In this document: positions 1 to 9,834 of the stretch, one piece after another
Position numbering within the stretch: position 1 is the first letter of the stretch
How the letters are laid out: the number at the start of each line of letters is the position of its first letter
From: Jimgerdemannia flammicorona
Taxonomy: Eukaryota
Direction: 5' to 3'
Length of the DNA stretch: 20,000 nt
Assembly: GCA_003990765.1 (NCBI GenBank)
Contig: RBNJ01000013.1
Span: 44,762 to 64,761, forward strand
Position numbers and translations under genes: made by a program
The notes under the pieces: model-generated
Databases searched by the model: none
Told to the model about the DNA's origin: nothing
What the model saw: only the letters and a program-made list of their open reading frames with translations

Positions 1-748
1 TACTTCCAGAGATGTCATTTAAAATTGTTGATATTGCTGTCCTTCAATATATAGCTCCAAGTTATACAATAGTTGCAACTGATGAGCTTACTTTGTAAAT
101 TCTATTTGAATAGAGATATATGAGACTATATTAGAACCTCAACTACTTACAACCAATCACCTACTCTTATGACTAATGAGACCAATTACCCCTATGAATA
201 TAACTATTAGTAAAATGTATAAAACTACCTTTGTAGTATGATTCTACACCTAGCTATTATTAGGTTTTGTTTTTATTTTTATTCTTATACTCATTAGTGA
301 TAATAAACTAATGGAGATATCTGATATATCCTCTGATATATTCTCTGATATATCATCTGACAGTTCTGAGATTTCTCCTAAATATACTTCTTGATCTTTA
401 GACATTTCAAATATTTGATAACAGTAGGGACTGGGAGCTTGAGTGGGAGGCTGAGAGCTGGAAAGTGGCTAGGAAGTAGTAAGCTAGAGAGTGGCGAACT
501 GGAAAATGAGCTAGGGGGGCAGTGAACTAGAGAACAGGAAGTTGGGGGGAGGCAGTGAGCAGCAGGAAAAGCCAGGAACTGTGGAGCCTGGAACAGGAGT
601 CAGCGAGCTGGAGAGCAGCAAGAGAGAGAGCAATAAGGTGGCATATAATAGCCAATAATTGATTGTAGACAGAGGATGGATGAATAAATATGCATGAGTA
701 GTAAACTAGTACCCATCACATAACTGCAAACAGCAAACATACTTTGGA

Positions 749-1180
749 GATTCAGCATGTTCTATATAAGCCCTGATTGAGCAAGGTTTGTAATAACATT
801 TGAGCAAGGTTTGTAGTATGTTTGAGCAAGATTTGTAGTGAGGTTCAAGCAAGATTTACAAGCAAGATTAAAGTGAGATTTGTAAGCAAGATTTGCATAT
901 AAGATTAAAGCAAGATTTACATAAGTCAGACTTTGCAAGCCTTGTACTTGCAAGGCTGGACAAGCTCAGTCACAAGCTGATATAATATATATATACATAA
1001 GCTGATATCACATGATATCAGCTATTGGCTGAGCTTGTAAGTACAAAGCTTACAAAGCCTGGCTTATACAAATCTCATTTGCAAATCTTACTTGAACCTT
1101 ACTGCAAATCTCACTGTAAATCTCACTCAAACATACTACAAATCTTGCTCAATTGGGGCTTATACAGAACCCACTGAATC
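749..1180. mobile_element. Foldback/MITE-like palindromic element 1
   Basis: 749-~975 (gattcagcatgttctatataagccctgattgagcaagg...) is an imperfect reverse complement of ~1021-1180 (...cttgctcaattggggcttatacagaacccactgaatc). The arms are built from short gcaagattt-like subrepeats. No coding capacity and no clear TSD. Confidence 0.7.
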
Positions 1181-1185
1181 ATGCA

Positions 1186-1390
1186 GAGAGGAGTGGAACA
1201 CAGTGAGGAAAGCTCCAGATTGCAAGTATAAGCATAAGTATAAGCTTTGCTCTGCTCAGTCTGACAAGCTAATAATAAGCTAATATCATGTGATATCAGC
1301 TATCAGCTGAGTGAAGCAAAGCTTGCACTTGTGCTTATGCTTATGCTTATGCTTGTAATCCAGAGCTTTCCTCACTGCATTCCACTCCTC
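1186..1390. mobile_element. Foldback/MITE-like palindromic element 2
   Basis: agaggagtggaacacagtgaggaaagctccagattgcaagtataagcataag... is the reverse complement of ...cttatgcttgtaatccagagctttcctcactgcattccactcctct. It shares its central motif with element 1. Confidence 0.7.
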
Positions 1391-1499
1391 TTACATTCTA
1401 CTCCTCTTGTATTCCACTCCTCTTGCATAACCCTCATATATTCCTCCACCTCCCTCACCCTCATTTCTCAGATTGCAAACAACATGTAATTTAGAAATG

Positions 1500-1605
1500 A
1501 GTTTTGAAAGAGATTTTGAAGAGATTCTGAAAGAGATTTCAAAGAGATTCCAAAAGAGCTTCTAAAAGAGATTTTAGAGAGATTCTGAAAGAGCTTCTGA
1601 AAGAT
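1500..1605 (+). repeat. Degenerate ~11-12 bp tandem repeat (GAAAGAGATTCT-like)
   Basis: About 9 successive gaaagagattYY-type units. Confidence 0.7.
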
Positions 1606-1729
1606 GTTATAGCTTTTGAATATTTAAGATATTGAAAGCTTACTTTTATCTCTCATTCTTTTCACCTCATCCTTTACTTCACCTTGTCCTTCACTTTGCC
1701 TTACTTAATTCACTGCTATATTGAGAAAA

Positions 1730-3012
1730 CATGGATATGACTGTCTGGTCAATAAGTATTTACTTGGTCCCCCCTAAGCTTGACATACTTTAGCTCACTA
1801 TCCCAAAGCTTGGCACTCTAAAGATGCCCAGCTTGCTGATATCCAACCTGCTGAGCTTGCTGACACCCAGCCTACTGAGCTTGTCAACACTCAGCCTATC
1901 AAGCTTGCTGACACCCAGCCTGCCAAGCTTGCCAATACCCAGGTTGCTGAGCTTGCTGACTCCCAGCTTACTGACCCTCAGCTCCTCAATCTCCAGCTTG
2001 ACCACCAGCTCACTGCTGGTCTGCAAGCACAAGGTCCCCCACCAGATCTCAATAATGTAGCTTGAAAAAGTTAGTTTTTTTTTTTTTTTCATTTTAAATC
2101 AATGTCCAAATTTTTTTCCTAATAATATTTGAAATATATATATCCTCTAGCTTCTAAGCCTGGGCTGGAGTACAAATCTTGCTACAATTGCCATTTTTGC
2201 TATTAAGTTTGCCCAAGCACTATCTGGAAGTATTACCAAACCAATTTCCTAGATGCCCCAAATCTCACAGAGAAAAGGCCTTATAAATCAGACATTAGGT
2301 ATGTTTTCACTGTGGCCAACAAATGTATTAAGAAAGTACATGACAACCAACTGAGGCAAGAAGTCATAAGAGTGATAAAAAACTATGTAAAAATTATAGA
2401 ACATTTGTCATACTATGCTGGCTTCAAGGTGAATGCCAAAGCATGGAACAAGCAAGATTGTCCAGATAGAATTGTTATCATAGATGAACATGAAAAACTG
2501 CTGGCCATATTTGAATGAGTACTAGTGAAGAATGACAAAATGCTTTATATACAACTGATGGATAACAGACTTGTGCATTTTGTTGAGAGTAGTGGTGGTG
2601 GAGAAGATGAAGAGATGGGAGAGATTAGTGCTGGTGGAGGAGTCAGTGCCAGTGGAGAGGTCAGTGGAGAGGTCAGCATGGGGGAGGTTGGTGTGGGGGA
2701 GATTGGTGCAGGGAAGGTCAGTATGGAGGAATATGGAGAGATCAGTGTGGGGGAGGTCAGCATGGAGGAACATGGGGAGGTCAGCATGGAGGAATACAGT
2801 GAGGTCAGTATAAAGGATGAAATGGAGGTTAGTATAGAGGAGGTTGGTGCAGAGAAGGATATGAAAGAGGAGGATATAGAGAAAAGTGGTTCAGAATATA
2901 TGAAGGAAGATGATTTGGAATATGAGAAGAAGAAGGATCAGTTGGTTTATAGTGATAAAGAGGAGGAGGATTAGTTAGTTTATAGTGAGGAAGAGTAAGA
3001 TCTATTCATACT
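1730..3012 (+). pseudogene. Decayed, probably intron-containing gene or TE ORF of unknown function (Pro/Ser repeat, globular segment, acidic G/E-rich tail)
   Basis: ORFs 2312-2518 and 2525-2974 are in the same frame and separated by a single TGA. Intron-like segments are present: gttagt...cctctag (2070-2150), gtatgt at ~2298, gtaagt at 3013. No recognisable domain. Confidence 0.35.
1827..2000 (+). repeat. Degenerate 24-bp (12-bp subunit) tandem repeat CCCAGCCTGCTGAGCTTGCTGACA
   Basis: About 7 imperfect units. They generate the PSLLSLLT / SKLGRLGV periodic ORFs on both strands. Confidence 0.75.
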
Positions 3013-3159
3013 GGTAAGTTCTTTATTTTTCTGATTTACTTCCTATTTATTTCTAATTTCATTTTGATTTCTGATTCCTAATTATGTTTCTGTTTGTTTA
3101 TTCTAAATATATATCTTAAATGTGCAATATATTTTTTTTAGTACCTTGTAGCTTAAAGG

Positions 3160-3465
3160 TAGATTAAAGATGGATCTATGTTAGGTTAAATATAGATCAG
3201 GGTTGGGTCATATATATTTCTCAGATCAGATCACATATATTTCTTGGGTTGAGTTAAAGATGAGTTACATATAATTCTGAGTCAGATTAAAGATGGGTGA
3301 CATATATTTCCAGATCAGGTTAAAGATGGATAATATATAATTCTGGGTCAGATTAAAGATAGGTGATATATAATTCCAGGTTGAATTAAAGATGAGTGAT
3401 GTATAATTCTGGATCAGATTAAAGATGGGTGATGTATAATTCTGGGTTGAGTTAAATATGTACAT
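3160..3465 (+). repeat. 33-bp minisatellite (GGGTYRGRTTAAAGATGGGTGAYRTATAATTCT)
   Basis: ttaaagat recurs at 3254, 3287, 3320, 3353, 3386 and 3419 (period 33), with degenerate copies on the flanks. Confidence 0.9.
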
Positions 3466-3793
3466 GAGTTAGCTTGGGTTGTAATGCACTAGCTATTATA
3501 GATAGAAAAAAGAGTAATAATAATAAACTAGTTAGATACTAGACTAGGAGTAGTTGTTAGAATTGAGATAGGTATTATCTTGGTAGAGCTTTTTGATTAA
3601 CTAGAGTAGTATAGTAACTAATATTCTAGCTTATCTAACTAGAACTAAGAGCTAATATAACAATATGATCAAGATCTGTAGTAGGATTATAATCTTTTCA
3701 GGCCTTAGCCTATATGTATATTAATCCTTTTGAGAGAGTCTTATATATAGGTTTTTTACTCATCTACTATAAATCTATTCTACTTTTTATTAG

Positions 3794-3797
3794 TTAG
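3794..3797 (+). repeat. Left target-site duplication TTAG
   Basis: TTAG lies immediately before the LTR start TGTCA and again at 12565-12568 immediately after TTACA. Confidence 0.8.
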
Positions 3798-4135
3798 TGT
3801 CATGTAGTGGTTGCTGAGTCTTTCAAATACACCAGATTCTCTTCAAGGTGTATCTCTTAGACTAACTCAAGTTTGTTATAAGCAAGTTCTTATTGGACTG
3901 CCTTCCTAAGGTCTTATAGTCCTTAAACTTCTTATCTTTAACTGTCTTGTTATCTCTTAAATTGCTTGCAAGGAAGTGTGTGTAAGTAAAACTGGAACTG
4001 ACTTTATTTCAGAGAAAATAAGAGGGGTATTTATACAAAATATAATTCAATGGTTGCTAAGATATAAAGTTAAATATAAATTCCAATAACTAAAACTACT
4101 AAGTTCCAGGGTTGGCACTGATGGTTGTACAGGCT

Positions 4136-4305
4136 CAGGATACTGGTATAATTCAGTGTCATATCAGAATACTGGTGCTGGAATAATTTCGCATCACCTC
4201 AGAATACTGGTACTGGAACAATTTCACATTACCTCAGAATACTGGTGCTGGCATTATCCAGTGTTACATGAGAATACCAGTGCTGGCATTATCCAGTGTA
4301 ACAAA
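4136..4305 (+). repeat. 35-bp tandem repeat inside LTR (5 units here, 4 units at ~11378-11510)
   Basis: cagaatactggtgctgg-like unit starts at 4136, 4165, 4200, 4235 and 4270. Confidence 0.8.
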
Positions 4306-4309
4306 GAAC

Positions 4310-5116
4310 TTAGAGCAGAAAGTTCAGGACTATGTGGGCTTCATTCTCATCATCATCATCACTGAAGGAGATGAGATCTATAAATTTATCATTTTCACAT
4401 GATTTGATGTTATACGAGATGACATCATCACTGATGACATCATCATGTTTGGTGGGGAAATCAGAGAGGAGGTCTGGGGCTCTCCAGTCTATGAGGTTCT
4501 CTTCCACAAAATAAGGGACAAATGTGGGATCTTGGGGAGATCTAACTCAGATGCTTGGGCCTTGGAATACTGAGATCAACCCTTGCAGGAATTGGTCTGG
4601 GTTGTCCTGGAGGATAGGGTACCAGAAGTCTTCTACTTCATCACTATTGAGGGTGATAGTGGACTGGGCTTCTGTAGCTATCCTGACTTCTAGTGCATTG
4701 ATACAGTGGGATAACAGATCTCTGAAATCTGAGACTCTAATATACTCCAAGTTGGGGATCAACTATGGTACATGTCTGAAGATCTGATAGATCTTCTTAG
4801 CTGTCCTTATTTCATATATATCCATGGAAGTGGCATCTTGTAGCTCTTGAGTGCTGGCCTGTGGGAACTCCTAGCAGAGGAGGTTTCCTATTTCGTACTC
4901 CTGCCACATTTGGAGACATTCAGTAGCAATGGTGATCCTTGTTTCCATTTCACAGCAGTAGAGGATAAAGTGATAAGAGTCTGCAGTACTCAGGTTGACA
5001 CTAGGAGTTCTTCTTGAACAGGTCCTCATGGCTCTTCTGATGTCTTAGAACATCCTTTCTTTGACTGAGATACCTTGGTGGTTCCTTGACCTTGAGGTTT
5101 GGTAGGCAGCAGGCAT
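4310..5116 (-). pseudogene. LTR-internal (U3) ORF, ~268 aa, unknown function (3' LTR copy)
   Basis: aaaaATG at 5116 to TAA at 4310: MPAAYQTSRSR...DIRRAMRT...YEIGNLL...RTAKKIYQIFRHVP...SDDDDENEAHIVLNFLL*. All four internal stops are sense codons in the other LTR. Confidence 0.7.
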
Positions 5117-5358
5117 TTTGTTTGTAGTAAGTCTTTGAGCTATTTTGGGATTGGTGGTTCTTATTGGTTGCTGCTACTGCAGTTCCTTGATCCTTCTTTT
5201 ATATTCTTCAGGATACTTGTACTGTGGTTACAATGACTCACAGTTAGTCATCATTGCTCATCTTGTATACCATATGATCTTCTTGTGTTCTGATCTGGTG
5301 ACTTATAAGGAAAAACTATCTCCCATGCTAATGTCATCATTCTGAGGTCACCATTACA

Positions 5359-5368
5359 TCTTCCTCCT
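5359..5368 (-). other. Polypurine tract (AGGAGGAAGA)
   Basis: Purine-only run on the minus strand directly abutting the TG start of the 3' LTR. Confidence 0.85.
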
Positions 5369-5671
5369 GAATAAGAATCTTCTTGAGTGTCCTTATTCAT
5401 TAGTCCAGTCCTGAAAAATTTGCTGATCTCATAACCTCTGGCAAGGGGTCAAAAAGTGGTGTTTATGGGCTGGCATCTTCCCTTTGTATTTTGGCATAAT
5501 GGTAAAGAGTTGCTCCCTTCATATAGAGCAAGGGCCTGATTCTGATCTTGACTAATCAATTGATGGTTCAAACTCCTCTAACTTTGAAAGTCTTACAGAT
5601 AAGTAGTTACCAGTGCCATATCTCTTAGAGAATGGTCCAGACAGATAGCCTGCTGGTCACAGGACATGCTG

Positions 5672-6908
5672 TTATGATTTGCAGACTAGAACCTCATGGG
5701 CAGTCATCATGTTTTGCTTCTCTTGTATAGATTTGTGGTACTTCTTGAGTCTGTTCCTATATATTGTAGTAGGCAGTATAGTCTCTGAGATTTTTCTAAG
5801 CCAGAAGGTAGTTCCCTTGATATCTTGCATGTAGAAGAGTTCTTCCCATTTGGGCTCCAGTTTTTGTAACTATGAGGCTTCTACCATATTTTGATACAGT
5901 AGAACCTTTTCTCCAATTCAGATAGGTTCTAGGGCCTTATGATTCTTTTCTGTATTCTTCCTTATCAGTGCTTGTAACTTGGTGATATAATCTTCAGCCT
6001 TCTTCTAGTCTCCAGATTTCTGCATCAACCCATCTCCAAGTTAGATCTAGATTCATGGCTGAGGTTCCATCAGAATCTTCTTCTCCGAAGAGCAGCTCTC
6101 TTGGAGTAAAGTGTGTGCTCTGTGACTATATGTCTCATAGGACAGAGAGGGCAGTTGGGAGATAGTTATCCCAATTCTCATATATCTCTGAGATCTTCAC
6201 TAGGATATTCTTGAGGGTCTTGTTGGTTCTCTCTATCTGTCCATTTCCTTAAGGGTGGTATATAGTGGTCTTGATGTGCTGGATCTTGTATTTCTGATAT
6301 ATTATCTCATGGAATCTATTGACAAATTCTGTTCTGTAGTCTGTTGTGATTTGCTTTGGTGTCTTGTAGCAGTAGATGATTTCTCGATGCAGGAAGTCAG
6401 CTATAGAGAGGGCATTGGCTTCTTGTAATGCTCCTGTCTCTATCCATTTGGTGAAGAGGTCTACAATAACTATAATATAGTGGTTTCCTGATAGTTTTAC
6501 TGATAGTGGTCCAATAATATCCATTGTGATATAGTGGAAGGGGATAAGCTCAATTTTTAATAATCTGGATACCTGGTCTTGCTGATCTTGTTTCTGTTTT
6601 TGACACTTGTCACACCCTTTGACAAATTGGCACAGGTCTTCTTCCATCTTGGGCCACTATATGGTTCTTCTTGCCTTATCATATGTATTGGTTCTTCCTA
6701 AGTATCCTTGCTCATGTACTTCCTTCATTACTTGATACTTCTTATATTCAGATATTACTAGCTTTCCTCCTTTTCTGAGTATAGTGTTGTCTAATTCAAA
6801 CTGTTTCCAAGTCTGGTTGATGATAGTGATTGTTCAGGGTTTAAGGTAGTTGGGCATCTTCTGCTGCCTAAAATAGCTGATTAATCCATAGTATAGCTCC
6901 TTATTCAT
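5672..6908 (-). pseudogene. Integrase (HHCC zinc finger, DDE core, GPY/F-like C-terminus), disrupted
   Basis: HEQGYLG...WPKMEEDLCQFVKGCDKCQ; ITMDIIGP, ITTDYRTEF, GNGQIERTNKTL; C-terminal KLEPKWEELFY...RNRLKKYH. Contains stops and one frameshift. No chromodomain seen. Confidence 0.9.
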
Positions 6909-7300
6909 GTTGAATAGTCTTGATGTAGATATTTTGGGGTATTCTTGAGAGTGCATCAGCATTGGTGTTGATCTTTTCTGAGTGGTGCTTGACAGTACAG
7001 TCATACTCTTGCAGTCTGTAGATCCATCTGGCATATATTCTTTTGGGGTTCAGAGTGTGGAATAGCCAGACAAGAGCAGAGTGGTCTGTTTGAATAGTGA
7101 AGTGTTTCCCAGCTAGGTAGTAGTGGAACTTGTCTACTGCCCAGACCACTGCTAAGCATTCAAGCTTGCATGACTCATAGTTCTGTTCTGCTCCGCAGGT
7201 ACCTTGGCTTGCATAGGAGATGACATATTCATGTCCATCTTTCTTCTGAGCTAGGACTGCTCAAAGTCCTATAGCACTTACATCTGTCTGCAGGATGAAT
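6901..7300 (-). pseudogene. RNase H of Gypsy pol
   Basis: FILQTDVSAIGL*AVLAQ...YASQ...EQNYESCKLECLAVVWAVDKFHYYL...TDHSAL...RWIYRLQEYD...NTNADALSR. Confidence 0.93.
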
Positions 7301-8250
7301 TCTAGGTTCCAATCTGGTCTTCTGAAGATAAGTACTTGAGTCAATCTGATCTTGAGTTCATTGAAGGTTTCTTGGCACTCCTTGGTCCATTCAAACTTGG
7401 TTTTCTTCTTCAGTAGCTCATAGATAGGTGCTGCAATATTGGAGTATCCTTTGATGAATTTTCTATAGTAGCTGGCTAGTCCAAGGAAGGCGTGGACTTC
7501 TGTAGTTGTTCTGAGTCTCAGATAGGCTGCAACAGCCTTGATCTTCATAGAGTCTGTGTGGATTCCAGTCTGGTTGATGAGGTGTCCTAGGTAGGTGATT
7601 TCTTGAGCTGCAAACTTGCATTTTTTGGGCTTGATGTAGAGGTCATACTTCTTGAGCTTCTTGAGGGCTAGCTGTATATGATTGACATATTCCTGTATAG
7701 TGTTGCTGAAGATGATCACATCATCAACATAGACAAAGAGCCATTTTCTAATCTCGTTGCTGAAGACTCTGTTCATCATTTGCTGAAAACTTGCTGGGGT
7801 ATTGCATATTCCAAATAGCATTCACAGATAGATATAGGTGGCATTAGGTGTGATGAAGGCTGATTTCTCACTGGCATCTTGAGTGAGACCAATCTGATAG
7901 AAGTCTGAGAACAGATCCAAGGTGGTGTAGTATTTGGCTTTACTTCCAAGAGTGGTAAGGATTTCCTAAATATTTGGCAAGGGCTGCCTATCCTTCTTGG
8001 TAATAGCATTGAGCTTCCTGTAGTCAATACAGAGTCTTGGCGCAAATTCTCCAGGCTTGTTTCCTTTCTTTGGGGCAAGGACAATGGGTGAGGCCTAGGG
8101 GCTGATAGCTTGCTTGATGATCCCGGCTTCTTCTATTTCCTTGAGTTCTGCTTGCAGCCACTCTCTGTAGGCAGGTGGTATGGGTCTGGCTTTCTGGTAG
8201 ATGGGCTTGGTATTGCCAGTGTCAACTTCATAGTAGTACTTGGATTCTTA
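7301..8250 (-). pseudogene. Reverse transcriptase (Gypsy type) and connection region
   Basis: ASPIVLAPKK...RLCIDYRKLN...TLDLFSDFYQI...MLFGICNTPASFQ...YVDD (7720-7731)...KKCKFAAQEITYLGH...FLGLASYYRKFI. Several nonsense codons. Confidence 0.96.
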
Positions 8251-8419
8251 ATTGTAGATATCCCTGAAGTCTGTAGCAAGTACTCCTTCATTCTGGTACA
8301 GGATCTTGAGAAGTTGTTCCTCCAGGGGAAAGTTTTCTCCAATGGTATATGTGTGCTTGTTCTAGTCCTTGTCTTTCTTATACTCGAGTTCAGTAATCTT
8401 GGTAGTGGCATAGGCTCCT

Positions 8420-8835
8420 CTTCCAGTAGATCCAAAGTCTTGTTCTCCTCTCTTGGTCTTGATGAGTTCGATGGCTTCAATGATCTTGGGCTTCTTAATT
8501 TCATGGATCAGCATCTGACCAATCCTGTCATACTTCTTGACTTCAAAGGGGGTGATGTAGTTGTGATTTCTGACTATGAGGAAGATCTCACTAGTGTAAT
8601 CGGGGTCAATTACTCCTCCTTCAACTGAGATTTTGCTTTTGACCAGACTGCTCCTGGTCTTGATAATTCCGGCATGGTTCTCTGGCAGCTTGACTCCAAT
8701 TCCAGTGTCAAGTAGGATAGTGGTCTGTAGTTCTAGGATAGCATCTTGAATGCTGGCAAGGTCCATTTCTATGGCTCCTTCAGTCTTATATTCTGGGATC
8801 TTGGCTTTGGGGTAGAACTTCTTAACCTTGAGAGT
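8420..8835 (-). pseudogene. dut: Trimeric dUTPase domain within pol
   Basis: All five dUTPase motifs in order: TEGAIEMDL (I), KTRSSL (II), GGVIDPDYTSEI (III), YDRIGQM (IV), RGEQDFGSTG (V). Same frame as RT. Confidence 0.93.
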
Positions 8836-9189
8836 GATGTCTGATTCTTGTTCCTCCTCATTGTCACTGTCAGCTTGGAGCTCTGGGGGCTAGTCATCTT
8901 CTTCAGCTTTCCTTTTTACTTTGGTAGCTTCTTGCTCATATTTCTGTTGACAGATTTTCCTAACTTTACTGATACAGGACCAGCAGTCATTCAGGTGTTC
9001 AGAGCAGTACATCCTAGTACCATGGGGGCATCTTCCTTGAGGGGCATAGCCATCGATGATCTTGTTGTACTACTGCTCATCTGTAAGCTTGGGTGTCTTG
9101 TTCTTGTTCTTATTCACTGAGTGCATAAAGACCTCTGTATCCTTTTCATCTCCTTCCTCTATGTCTAGTAGGACTCCTTTGTAAACATT

Positions 9190-9560
9190 GATAGAGACTT
9201 ATACCTTTCTTCCTCTATAGTTGATCTGCATCTTCTGGGTATTGAGGTCAATGATAGCCTTGGCCTTATGAAGCCATTGGTTACTAATGAGGATGTCATA
9301 GTTGGTGGTGCTTATAACAATCACATCTACTGGGATAGTAGCTTGATGGGGACTTCTTGGATTTTGCCAAGGGGGATAGCTTATGTACCATCTGCTGTAA
9401 CATAGACCATCTTGGTGGACTCTTTAATATCCCAGCCTAGGCAGTCAATTGCCTTCTTACTCATGAGGCATTCTCCAGCACTAGTATCAATGATGGCATC
9501 AAAGATACAATCTTCGATCTGACATAAGGTATAGGCTGATATCTTGCACTGGTCTTCGGA
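9190..9560 (-). pseudogene. Retropepsin-like aspartic protease
   Basis: AIIDTSAGECLMS (DTGA>DTSA), VTADGT, then YDILISNQWL...AIIDL. One stop and a frameshift near 9342. Confidence 0.85.
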
Positions 9561-9834
9561 TTCTTTACCTGAGTTTTCGGATTCTTCCTGTGTATTGTGA
9601 GCTTCTACAATCTTGTACTCTTGATTCTTGACAGTAGTTGCAAGTCCTACTCTCAACTGCTATCTGAAGGCAGAGACTTCAGCTAGCTGTCCAAAGGTAG
9701 CATTGACCTTCTGTTCCTTAAGGTTCTTGTAGATATCATACTAGTGGATCTTGGTCTTGCATAGCTTCTGTTCCTTCTTGCTTTCACTTTCTCTTGAGAC
9801 TGGAGTAGTGCCTTTAATGATTTGGTGGGCAGCT

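Larger units (their letters stand above)
3798..5358 (-). repeat. 3' LTR (1561 bp)
   Basis: Runs tgtcatgtagtgg...ccattaca and is colinear with 11040-12564. 22 differences in a 240-nt hand-aligned sample (4561-4800). Confidence 0.95.

Noticed and set aside
762-1283. Short ORFs 762-953 and 1092-1283
   Set aside because: Translations of the subrepeats in the palindrome arms.
3265-3465. ORF with 11-aa periodicity
   Set aside because: Simply the translation of the 33-bp minisatellite.
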